Source of the DNA: Tubiluchus corallicola
Taxonomy: Eukaryota; Animalia; Priapulida
Assembly: GCA_030141605.1 (NCBI GenBank)
Contig: JAQGDQ010000293.1
Location: forward strand, 62,001 to 126,000
DNA length: 64,000 nucleotides
Direction of reading: 5' to 3'
Shown here: piece after piece, positions 40,382 through 52,460 of the stretch
How positions within the stretch are numbered: position 1 is the first letter of the stretch
Layout: each line of letters starts with the position of its first letter
Notes under the pieces: generated by a model
Database searches by the model: none
Told to the model about the DNA's origin: nothing
What the model saw: only the letters and a program-made list of their open reading frames with translations
Program-made: the position numbers and the translations under genes

Positions 40382-41461
40382 TTACAGTCTATTTCCACCT
40401 GCATAGGAACCACTTCCGGCACCACCTGTAACACCCGATCCATACCCGGAGTAAGAATTCCCTCCGTAACCGCCCCTACCACCTCCACCCCTGTAACCGC
40501 CATCGTTGTAGCCATTATTGCTTATGCTATAACTTCCCGACGTACTGTGACCACCGAAGGTTCCAGAGCTTCCCACATTGAATCCGCCAGGAGGTCCTTG
40601 GATGTTATCCATGAAGCCTGGTCCAATAGGAGGTAATGGACGAGTATCGATCATACCGTGTGCACCTGCATATCCAGCAAGCCCTCCAGGAACACCAGGT
40701 CCGCGATGGCCTTCAGGAGGAAAGTAGCCAAAATTATCGAGCGCGTTTGGATTTTTGCCCGCTAAGCCACCTTTTGCGATAGAGATTCCAATCTCACGAG
40801 CTCTGTCATTGGCTTCTTCCCCTCTAGCATTGCTGCGCTTATATTTTGTTCCATAGCTGTGTCTGCCTCGACGGTACCCGCCACGGTAAGCAGTTGCCGT
40901 CCCGTCATAACCGTTTCCAAGATTTCCACTGTAGCTTCTACCATTGCCATATCGCCCATTTCCATAGCCACCGTATCCACCACTTGTGGCATATCCACCA
41001 CCTCTTCCATATCCACCACTAGATGCTCCGTGTCCGCCTCTATTTCCACCATAACCACCACTGGATGATCCATAATTGCCGCCTCCATAGCTACCACCTC
41101 CACTATAACCACCACTGGATGATCCATAATTGCCGCCTCCATAGCCACCACCTCCACCATAACCACCACTTGAGGAGCCGTAACCCCCTCCTGTGTAACC
41201 ACCTCTGGTGCCTCCGCCAACGTAGCCTCCACTAGAAGTTCCATAGCCTCCACCACCTCCACCCCTTACACCGCCCGATGCATAACCACCACCACCGTAA
41301 CCGTGGCCAGATCCACCATATCGATTGCCTCCAAAACCACCGCCTCCTCCGCCGTAAGAGCCAGATGTTGATCTTCCAGACGTAGATCCAAACGAGTATG
41401 AACCAGAGCTTCTGCCAGAAGTGTAGCCACCGTAACTGTGACAAAACCCGGCTGTTGAAGC
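40382..41461 (-). CDS. Secreted Gly/Tyr/Ser-rich protein, main coding exon (phase 0)
   Basis: Only long non-microsatellite ORF; GGY/GSSSGGY repeats encoded with mixed Gly codons; polypyrimidine acceptor TCACTCTGCTTTCTTGATGCAG ends at 41462; stop TAA at 40384-40382. Confidence 0.9.
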   Translation of the reverse strand, partial: ASTAGFCHSYGGYTSGRSSGSYSFGSTSGRSTSGSYGGGGGGFGGNRYGGSGHGYGGGGYASGGVRGGGGGGYGTSSGGYVGGGTRGGYTGGGYGSSSGGYGGGGGYGGGNYGSSSGGYSGGGSYGGGNYGSSSGGYGGNRGGHGASSGGYGRGGGYATSGGYGGYGNGRYGNGRSYSGNLGNGYDGTATAYRGGYRRGRHSYGTKYKRSNARGEEANDRAREIGISIAKGGLAGKNPNALDNFGYFPPEGHRGPGVPGGLAGYAGAHGMIDTRPLPPIGPGFMDNIQGPPGGFNVGSSGTFGGHSTSGSYSISNNGYNDGGYRGGGGRGGYGGNSYSGYGSGVTGGAGSGSYAGGNRL

Positions 41462-41821
41462 CTGCATCAAGAAAGCAGAGTGAAATATAATTCGTCTTGT
41501 TTACAGCGTGTTTCCAAAGTAAATTTAGCAAAAGAACCGTGAATTATTAACAAATCAAGCTTGAAATCAGTACCCTAATCGGTGCAAGAAAAAGGGAAAG
41601 TGGGCAAAGAGAAAACACACGCACATATTCGCATAATATGCAGACATGCAGACAGAGAGAAGAGAGAGGAGAAAGAGAGAGATTTGATTTGATTTAACTC
41701 TTTATTTCGAACTAGGTTCATAGAACACATAACAAACAATAATTACACGACATACAATACTTATAACACCTCCTCTTAACACATGCAAATTAATACATAA
41801 ATAAATAAAATAACAGTACAA

Positions 41822-41823
<2 letters not shown>

Positions 41824-41873
<50 letters not shown>

Positions 41874-42130
41874 TTGTGAGTGAGTGAGTGAGTGAGTGAG
41901 TGAGTGAGTGAGAAAGAGAGAGAGTGAGTGAGTGAGTGAGTGAGTGAGTGTATGAGTGAGTGAGGGAGTGAATGAGTGAGTGAGCGGGTGAATGAATGAG
42001 TGATTGAGTGAATGAATGAATGAGTGAATGAGTGAGGGAGTGAGTGAGTGAGTGAGTGAATGAGTGAGTGCGTGAGTGCGCGCGTGCGTGCGTGTGTGCG
42101 TGAGCGAGTGAGAGAGAGAGAGAGAGAGAG
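41824..42130. repeat. Intronic (TA)n, (TGAG/TGAA)n and (GA)n microsatellites
   Basis: Direct observation within the 861-bp intron 41462-42322. Confidence 0.95.
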
Positions 42131-42322
42131 TCATTAACTTATTAATCAGTTTTTGGAATGGCAACTTTAATCATTTAATCAGTAACAGTAGTGATGCTGA
42201 AGCAGATTATCATCAGGTCAGGCGAAATGCGTAGTAATGGAATTCATTAAAAACATCACGAGATTTAATAATAAATTTAATTGAATGTAATAATAGCAAC
42301 AAAAGTTGTTGTTAATGCTCAC

Positions 42323-42355
42323 CAAAAGCAAACCGATGTACCAAACCCGATGCAT
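42323..42355 (-). CDS. First coding exon (MHRVWYIGLLL), signal-peptide N-terminus of the Gly/Tyr-rich protein
   Basis: Minus strand ...TTTTATTCTTATAG|gcatagaggaaattaagaagacATGCATCGGGTTTGGTACATCGGTTTGCTTTTG|GTGAGC; the phase-0 join gives MHRVWYIGLLLASTAGFCHS-YGG, a typical signal peptide. Confidence 0.8.
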
Positions 42356-42937
42356 GTCTTCTTAATTTCCTCTATGCCTATAAGAATAAAATCCTCTTTT
42401 AGCAAGTGAGAAATTTAGTAAATAATTAATACTTATTACTAAGCCGAACAAGAACTCACTGCTATCATTTAAAAGTAAATTAGCTTCTTTTAATTCGGCT
42501 ACAATTTTAGCAAATCGCGACATCAGCAGCTGGGAATAGAATACTGTGCTTAACATTGTGAGTTTGGTGACACCTGTTGACGAGAAAGAAGGATTACTAA
42601 CAGGTCGTGCGCCTTTAAACCTATTTAAAGTGGCTCGAGCGTAAGCCGTAGTCTTACTTTAAAGTTTTGAATGTTATTGAATGTTAATAAAATATTTCTA
42701 CTGTTTAATGTCAAGTGTTTAATGCAATATTCTAAAATAATGTTTCTAAAATGACTGTAGGTCTTAATTAAGCCTTTATTATTATATTTCGTTGTTTTAT
42801 TTTGTGGTTGTTACTCGCGTGAATAGTCCCTTGTGAACTAATGATCTTTGTATGCAATGAAAATCGACGAAAATAAACTTACTTACTTAATTACTTACTT
42901 AACTAGTAACAAAATTACGAAAAATCAGTCAACTTAC

Positions 42938-42976
42938 CACGGATGTAAAATTCAGCCGCTGAAACTATTAAACTGA
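42938..42976 (-). promoter_or_regulatory. Candidate non-coding first exon / initiator of the Gly/Tyr-rich gene
   Basis: Minus strand TCAGTT (Inr-like, 42976-42971) followed ~35 nt later by CCGTG|GTAAGT donor (42937), which could pair with the acceptor at 42378. Confidence 0.45.
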
Positions 42977-44908
42977 TCGTTACAAGTGATATATTATTAG
43001 ATTATTCTTAACAACTCTTTATTCTAAACCACACTTTAAACTTTCTAAACCACTTTCGGAGATTGTTGTGACGAGACTCGCGTTTCGTGACCAACCTATT
43101 TTCATTGTGAATGTGACAATATTAGGTCAATGAGTCAAATGTCACCTAATACAATATTAAACTTTAAATGGTTATGCTCGTACTACCACGTATTATAATG
43201 TAATGACCGTAGGGCTCGACAGTCATGATCGAACATGTAGTGCTACGTGAACTTCGTAGTTAAGTAAATGTACCAAATTTTATTGTAAGTATTCACATCA
43301 GAACGTTTTGCGTTGGGTGTCTACTGTCTAAAGTCTAGGAATTGAAAAAAATAATAATTATAAATGATTAGAGTTTACTCAGAAACCCCCCGTATCTCAA
43401 TTATCTCAATGCGTCGGTAAAACCGTTACTGGCGGTTCAGTAATTCGGATTTGGCTTTATTAAGTCTGTTGTAACATTTATGTTTGCCTTGCGACAGGGG
43501 ACCAGCATTAGGACTGCATAAATATCATCCTCAATTAGCATCATCCATATACAGATTATAACACAAAAAACTATATATTATTGCATTGACTGCTGCTGTT
43601 TAGTAAAAGAAAATAAGAGCAAGCGAGTCAACGAACCAGGTGGTCGAGTGAAAGACTTAGTGAAAGTGACGCAACTGTCATATGTTTGATGTTTGAATCC
43701 CCTTAACTGACAAGTTACACAAAATTTTGCAATTAAATGTGAATATCATGCATTGTACAGGAGTTGTTGAAGCCACCGAAGCACTTTAGACCCTTGTCAG
43801 TTGGCAAGCAGACCGACGTCGACTTACCACATTCGTTTGCAACTTGCCGAATTGTGTATCTCCTTTTGTACTGGAAATCTTGCATTGGCGTGCTTGGCGG
43901 CCTTCGCTTGTTGTTGGCTTTGGCCACCTTGTGGTGATTTTTGGCCTAATCACGTGATCAATTTGACCTAGAGGCCTACTGTGAAGTGAAGACGTGTCAT
44001 AAGTTGATAAGATATTGTCGTTATCTGTTACAATTGCTTATGATTTGGGGCTAATGACGTACGTATATACTCTAATTACTTTATAAAATTATAATTTACT
44101 TTAAGATAACAGCTAGGTATTAATTAATACGACAGTACAGTGTAGAACTCTTAATTATGTAAAATTGACTTTTGGCTAGTGTTATTTTTTTATTATTTGT
44201 TATTTTTTGGCACTAATTTCTTATGTTTAGATGGAATGATATGTTTTGGCAAATAAAGAGCAAAGAAAGAGCAAAATTTAATCGAGCTTCGAATTTGGTT
44301 TTTGAAAGCCCAAACACCTTTTTTGGCTGAATGGCTTGCCATATGACTGTCACTTATACAAAGGATTATACAAAGCAGAAAATACTCTATCCGTTCTGTA
44401 TTTTTTAAACCCGCGTCTAATATAAACAGTTACACAGTTGAATCGACCACTGCATGTCCTGAACTGTGCGTGACTACCTTCCGCAGTGGTCTCAGAGAAT
44501 CCACATAACCATTTTGTAATACACTGTATAAACAGAACACATGTACGGTCCTATCTTTCCGCCATGCTCTGCTAGAACAATTACTTTTCACCCTATGCGG
44601 GGACCGTGTTGCTTAGTACAGTCTGTTGTGTGTCAACTTCTGCATAAATGGTCCACAAAAATAGACCAACTATTTTTATGTGCCTGACTGCCTACTATAA
44701 AGGTGGCCAGATTTTCTCAGAAAGGTGCCGAGTGCAATTAATAAAATGAATAAAAGCTAGTTGAGATTAATTGTAATTAATATAATTACTTGTACTTGAC
44801 GCCCTCGTCGACTTTATAGAAGGCAGAAACAATGGCTGTATATTCTGAAATTGTACCCAGTGTGCAAATAAATTGTTGATTAGCAACACAGTAAAACGTG
44901 CATAATAA

Positions 44909-45266
44909 CAAGCCTTTTCACAGTTCCAGCGATTAATGACGATCGTGAAAAGGTTAAAGGTTAAGTGTACCAGACAATGCATTTGTGTACATTTGCAGCT
45001 AGCAGCCCAAGCTGTTGTAATAGTAACAGTTTCAACAGATAGCTAGAACCTTACCTAGCTCATTTTTTCTTGTTCCCAAGAAGGATCCTGCTAGTAAATC
45101 ACTCTACACCCAGACTAATGTATAATTAAGTAAACTGGTGATGCATATGGCTTTGCTTTACCCACATGTCACGTGACGATTGTAGTTAAAACACATTGCC
45201 GTGGTTTACTTAACCTTTGACCTACAGCAACTGCGCGTGCGCACAACTAAACTGCGAAAAGTTTTA
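44909..45266 (-). mobile_element. MITE family C (inverted copy of 30729-31106)
   Basis: CTTTTCACAGTT...AACTGCGAAAAG; body is the reverse complement of the 30.7-kb copy. Confidence 0.75.
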
Positions 45267-47019
45267 TTGTCACATTTAACGCCTATCATGAGTATAAGAA
45301 ACGTGAAAGAAAAATAGAAAGATTTACTGATGTATGCGACTGTACGAATGGTAGGCAAACTCCGCATCGTTTATTGTTTGAATGCCATCTAGTGGATAAA
45401 AACAAAAGAAATGCCCTGACAGCTAAATTACCAACATTAGATATAAATCATATTATAGGCGAACGCAATACAGAAGTTTTAAAAAAGCATTTATCTGGAT
45501 GTCTTTCTGGCTAGTTTAATGTAAAACTTTAGAAATAAATTTGTCAAAATAGGAAGGCCAAATTGTTCTGCTAATATAGATATTGTTAGAAAAATTGACA
45601 AATAAAATTGTGATATTAACTTATATATGTATATTTGACTCCCGGTTTGATTATATTTATCGTTAATAGAGGGCAGCATAAATGTAGTATAATTTGTATT
45701 TGTGTTCAAATAAAAGACTTATAATAATAATAATAATTAATGGGTGTAGAATCCCAAATTTTTCAATTATTGCTATGTCAGCAATTATTACAAGAATCTG
45801 AAAACGCTGCCCAATATTGCAAGACTGTGTTTGAATACCTTTTTTCCAAGCGCAATATGTGCCCGCAGTTTAATCAGAACACGGGTCTCTATGGAATAAT
45901 AGCCTATAATACGTGTATTAGGTCTTGTGAGCCTTCTTATTAGAGCAGTAGGAGGTCTCGTGCAAAGGTTATTTACGTATCTACTAGATGCCTTTTAGTA
46001 GGATAAACGTGATCTTAATGACATCGTATGTTGCTGATTAGGATTTCGTATTCTTCAAAGACAGATGATTTTTGTGCGTCACAAACGCAGTGGGGATTAT
46101 GACAATGGTCACCAAGAGGACGTCATCGTGTTCAGCTAGTTAAAACAGAGTTCAGATTGTGCAACGAACTTAAGAACAACCTGACCGAATGTGCGCAAGG
46201 CTCGAACGAACAATCAAACAAACAAACGAATAAATAAACGAACCAACAAGCAACCAGACAAACAAACACAGAAACAAACCGCGAAACAAAAAACAAACAA
46301 ACATGCAAACAAACAAAACATGTACACAACATGTATCCATATAAAAATGTGTAATAGTTGTGTTGTTGTTGTTGTTGTTGTTTTCGTTGTTATTGTTGTT
46401 GTTTCTTGGTGTTGCTCTTCCTCTCTTCTTTTTTCTTTTTTCTTCTTTCGCTTTTGTTCTTTTTCTGTTTTACTTCTTCTGGACGCGAGGAAGCATAAAA
46501 CATTCTAAACAATTCTGCATCACTTCTACACTTAAACTTGTCGCTGATGATTCGGATTTCGTCAATTTTAAAGACAAGTTTGATTCGAAAGTTTATTTAA
46601 GTACAACCCTCAGGCGTGTAATTCTTTTTTATTGTAAGTTTTATATATTATTATGTTACCTCTTGTATAGCAAAGCTTTACACAATTTATGAATTTTGGC
46701 GCTGGCTGCCGCTTCCAATTAGGTCGTCTACTTCTCCTTTTATGATCACTTCTAATCCAGCCAGCACTTAATGCGGGCCCCCATATGTCTGTAATCTGCA
46801 TTTAATTGTGATGAACGTACTTCAATGGTGCGATAACAGAGACGCCAAGAAGCTTTGGCTCTCAGAAGACATAATTATTCACATTTGTAAGATGTATGAT
46901 AGCTCAATAGCACATATCAGTGATGAAAGATTTTGCTGACTTTAACTTCCTGCTTGCACGTGAAATGTACCAAGAGACTTACATATCGTGACCTAGTTTG
47001 CTCTTATATGAAGCTAAAC

Positions 47020-47483
<464 letters not shown>

Positions 47484-48322
47484 CCCTTTGTTTACCTATC
47501 GATTCAACCATCATCTGTGCATCCGTCAGTTGATCTATCAATCCGTAAATCTACCTCTCTCTTTTCGCCTTCTCTTCTTCCTTCTTCCTTCCTGTATTCC
47601 TTTCTTCCTCTCTCAATGTCCTTTTCCTTTCCTGTTTTATTCTTTCCCTTATTTTACGTTCTCTTATGAAACTTTTACTTGATAAATAAAAAATAATTAA
47701 GTGAACTACTAAATGAATTGTTATTTAAAAATGTTAATTACCCAGTTAACCACGTGACGAAAAATTACTAACTAAGCGACCTCAATTCACGCTCTATGAC
47801 AGAAAAGCACTGTTATAATTAACTAAATTATTAATAAATTTATCGTTTAACAACGCAGAAATGCCAGGCAAGACACAAAAGATTTGTATTAGATCACATG
47901 GTTTCTGTAATTTGCAGTGGTTTCGCTATCCTATTGATCTGTGTGTATATAGTCACCTGTCTAACAAAACCCGGCTTCCCGCGTATGAATAGGACAGACA
48001 CGTGTTCAGCTTCTTACTGAAGCCATACTCGCTTCTGCGTGTCATGGTGACTGGGCACCTTTAGCTGCGTTTAATAATTTCTAATTTCATCTGCAGGCAA
48101 TCTATAAGAAGGTAGGCAACTTTCTTTTATATTATTTTCCATAAATTTGCAATAAGCGTTGTACATCACACTTATGGACATATAGGCCTATATCACCACT
48201 TATATCTTTTTTGTATACCAGCGCATATAGGTACATATAATGGTGTAAAAATTAATATCACCTTATTTTATATATATTACCGTTGGGCATACTTTCATTT
48301 AAGTTAGAATATTAATTTAAAT

Positions 48323-48628
48323 TCCCTAACCCTAATCCTAAACCCTAGCCTAACTCTAATCCCTAACATTAACCCAACCCTAACCCTAATCCTGTCACTA
48401 GCGCTAACCTTGATCCTAAACCCTAAGCCTAACTCTAATCCCTAACATTAACCCAACCCTAACCCTAATCCTAACACTAACGCTAACCCTATTCCTAAAC
48501 CCTAAGCCTAACTCTAATCCCTAACATTAACCCAACCCTAACCCTAATCCTAACACTAACACTAACCCTTATCCTAAACCCTAAGCCTAACTCTAATCCC
48601 TAACATTAATCCAACCCTAACCCTAATC
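48323..48628. repeat. Higher-order ~78-bp repeat (~3.7 copies) built from degenerate CCCTAA telomere-like hexamers
   Basis: CCTAAACCCTA(A)GCCTAACTCTAATCCCTAACATTAA.CCAACCCTAACCCTAATC recurs at ~48337, 48415, 48494, 48573. Confidence 0.9.
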
Positions 48629-49833
48629 TGCTTCACAAACTAAAGGCAAAAGACAAGATTTATTTCCCGTCGTAACAGACAACACTAGCAGTAACGGCTA
48701 ATTAGCAACTTACACTTACGGATGAGGACGCCACACATAAACAACGAATAACATGTAGAGTATATGCACTGGCTTTGGCAGCCCGTAGTATTAGACTCAA
48801 GATTGCGTGGTTGCAGTCGGAAATCTAAACCACTCAGACACCCAACCCAGAACAATTTTTTTATGTGTGGGGAACAGCCCAATAAACGTATAAACACATA
48901 TGCTATGATGTAGACCAACAAATGAAAAATTAAAATGAAATCGTAAATGAAACATGTTTTTCACAAAGACACGTAATTTATTCCTATAAACCCAATTGTT
49001 ACGCGCAATTAGCCAAACATTACTATTGTGTTGAATCATTTTCTCATCGATACACCACACGTAGTTTGTGAACAATAGCTTTGTTATAGATCAGTATAAT
49101 TAAACTGACACCACTTAAATTCAAAGAGCCCATTAGCTACAACTGTGGATTATAAAGATTGAGAAAAGTAAAAAATTTATGGCGCAAAAGTAAATAATTG
49201 ACGTTGAACATGAAGTTATTGTAACTGTTGTAACTAATATAATTTTCGTAGAGGTGTTGCTAGACATATCACCTTTGAGCAAATACATGTTTGTGTTAAA
49301 GTTTATACTACACGAAGTACACAGAATTTGTGATTACAAATATGAAAATACTCAACACAAATCATTTGCTTAAGTTCTATATGCCTATAAGTTCGTTTTA
49401 CTTACTGATGTATGCTCTAAAGATATGCTGTACCTTTTGTACTGTCAAATGGAATAGATTCTTAAATTTCGTTAAGACCAAAATGATTTTATTGAATTGT
49501 AACTGAAAATAATAGTCTTCTAGTCGATTTTAAAGAGCTTTGTATACTTGTATTTGTATATATTTGTATACTTGTATACAATTTAAAAAAGCTTTGAACT
49601 TGCATAAAGATTTTCCCACATTCAAAGGGGCGTTTAACCCAAACCAACTTCAAAATCCAAACAGTTCCAGCATCCAAGCCAACATTCTGAGGCTATAAAC
49701 CATTAAATATCTTAGCGCAGCAAAAAACCCCAGAGTACAAGAATTTTCCTTTTTTACAGCTTTTGCGAACATACAAGTTCCTAGATTTAGTGAACCTTAT
49801 TCTCGGGTATTCTAATGCTACTGCAGTGTTAAA

Positions 49834-50270
49834 AGCGCAAGAAAACCCTCTTCTTAAATAAAGTTTATTAAATTCGTCTTCAAATTTTATATCACTTACA
49901 CGATGTCTTTTGGCATACAGAACTTGTGTTGGCATTAACGCTGTATAAAACTTCTAAACTTAAATTCCCGCGATGACCGTTAGGTGCAGCCATTTTAACA
50001 ATACGTCATTTGAAACAAGTTTAGATAACATTACGCAAAGTTTGAAAAAATAATGAGAGCATTCGTTGCACACTCTCCGCTAACTAAACAAAAACTTTAA
50101 TGACTTTATATTGTCAATAAGATCAATAATGTGTTTTTGGTTAATCAATGATGAATTTTGGTGAATTAAGAATTTTCTTTCCGAGCTGCATAATTCTTTC
50201 AAACAGGAAAGCGTAACGCTAAGTAACGTAACTTTGTATGGAAAGTTTTTTTGGGAAATACTCTTTCCCT
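49834..50270 (+). mobile_element. Kolobok-like family B short form (internal deletion)
   Basis: Starts AGCGCAAGAAAACCCTC after TTAAA; body aligns to the 8456 copy; right end eroded. Confidence 0.75.
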
Positions 50271-52210
50271 CTACAGTTCTCAAGCACTTCTATTAGTTCA
50301 ACTGCCAAAAATCAGAATTGATAATCATTTTTTTCCATTCTTGCCCAACCAGCTGTAAATGCCCAGCTTGGAACTGGGTATTGGCCTGGCCTCTCCAGAA
50401 TCTCTAGGAGTTGTAACTATGCTGCAGAACGTCATTCTGAATTTAATACGTTTTAGTCTCGGTCATTACAGTGCACGTTAGACACGCGGCTTTGTTTTAT
50501 TACCCATTAAACCACACTTTGTTCAGTACTTGGCAAAATTCATTTATCTTGGAAAGACTCGAATGACCGTGAGAGTCATCTCAGTTTTTCCAATGAATTT
50601 GCCTTTACACTGATTTCATCTTAACAGTACGTCTAATGCTCATCACTTGCAAAAAAGTGGCCATACTTTTGCGAATTAACGACCACTGCAGACACGTGTT
50701 AATTTTCTTTATCAAGCAAAGTTTTTTGATTTTTAGGTATTTTTGACAAACTTTCGCCTTTCGTGTATGAAATTTCAACTCAGGCTTGTTTTTTACCAGA
50801 AAACACTTCAACGTAAAGATCAGCTAGTATGTAACAAGTTTATATCGCAAGCTAATTAATTTTTTACCACACAAAACCTAGCTGCAAAGCATCTACCCGA
50901 CCAAGGCTGTTAACAAAACCTAAAGTTTGGCTACGATTTCTGCAAACTTCTCAAAAAAGTTTAGGCTTCAAAAGTACTTGTAACTTATGAAGAAATCGGG
51001 ATTCTGTCTATGTAGTTTTTTTTCATTGTAATGTATTGCATTGTTTATATAATGTTTTGTAATGAGTTCTAAAATCGTCAATAATTTATTAATATGAACA
51101 GAAAATGAAATACTTTCGGTGAATGTGATGCGAGATAATGTTATATTAGCTTAACTAACCATTGCATTAATTTTTGTGCAATTTGTGCCACTGATTATAG
51201 GCTGTACAAGATGGCTGCTTGAGTCCATACATAATTTTTGCTGGTCTCTTTTTGGCAGTTATATTCTGTATATAACTGCAACTTAATCCGCTGCTATAAT
51301 ATTTCAGAACTTATAGAATTATATCAGAAAAGTACTTGAGTCTTAACTGAAATAAAAGCTTTGTCCTTTTTTATGAAGAGCTTATATACGTTTTACTTCA
51401 ATTTCGGCTTGTTCCCTGAATTGAGCATGTAGACGCATGAACGAATTCTGAATCAGATCAAAAGTGCCACGATTTATTAGCTTCGAACTTTGAAGAGCCA
51501 CTTTATTCTGGGATTCCCAATTTTTCGAAAAAGATGAATCGGTCATCCAATTTTGTAAGGTTCGTGAACAATTTTATGTACCATTTTCAGCACTTACCCA
51601 TTTGACAGAATTGCTTATCGAACATTTGCAAGTGGGAGTCTAATGCAAACGGACGTATTGTACGTGCTTTCTGCTTCCGATAGAAAACAGTTCGTGTTTT
51701 TGTTAATCTTTATTAACATTGTAGTAACAAGTTAGTAAATTGGTAACACTTTAAACAAGCAGAGTGTTTTCCAACTGACATGCATTGAGTGTTATGTATA
51801 CAGTGTTTCCCAATATTTTTTCTCATGTGATAGAGTGCTATTAATAAGGCTTTTCTGACGAGGTAAGAATTTTGCTCTTGAACCCTTCGTAGGCACATAG
51901 ATTGGCAATGGCATATAAAGGGTGAAATTAACACGCATATTATGCATGAAATTAGTGCTTACAAGCAAACACATCAGAAGTCATAATAGGGTGGCACTAT
52001 TCCGTTTCGGTCTGATTCTAGACAATTAGAATTACGTGTATCTAAAAAAACTGAATTACGCAGACATCCTCTATGAAACCTTATTACAAGGTAAATGAGA
52101 TGCCGTGATCTATTAGAATACGACTTAGCTGCATTTTTTCTAAGGCTAGCTCACTGAACAACTTTCTATTTATTCGCCGTGTTCTTACGCAAATGTTACG
52201 CACGAATTAT

Positions 52211-52460
52211 TTAATGAAGACCGATGAAAAGTATACACGTTGACACAATTAATACTGCAAAAGCGTTTCTGATAAATAAAATAACAGACTGCAAAACTTA
52301 ATTAACGGCGGGCGAGCCCAACTATTGATGACATCACAAACTAACATAATTTTCAACGTCAAAAATATTCCACGAGCGTGTTGCACGTGTTGGCAAAAGC
52401 GAAAATTGAACTACAGTACTACCGTAGGATATTCAGTGTGTTGTACAAAAACTAGGCAAG
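52211..52460 (-). mobile_element. Kolobok-like family A fragment
   Basis: GAGCCCAACTATTGATGACATCACAAACTAACATAATTTTCAAC is the reverse complement of the family A core. Confidence 0.75.

Noticed and set aside
40376-40390. Possible donor ACT|GTAAAG just before the stop, implying a further 3' exon
   Set aside because: No matching downstream exon found; the in-frame TAA is the simpler reading, though RNA-seq is needed to exclude splicing.
41462-41470. ORF-track start MMQ of the 362-aa protein
   Set aside because: These bases form the TTGATGCAG splice acceptor; the upstream exon gives a better start with a signal peptide.
40346-41531. Overlapping alternative-frame and antisense ORFs around the Gly-rich exon
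   Set aside because: Shadows of the GGN/TAY-rich coding frame.
48780-48850. tRNA-like sequence on the minus strand (also 43640-43705 plus)
   Set aside because: Only degenerate A/B boxes and no cloverleaf; at most decayed SINE heads.
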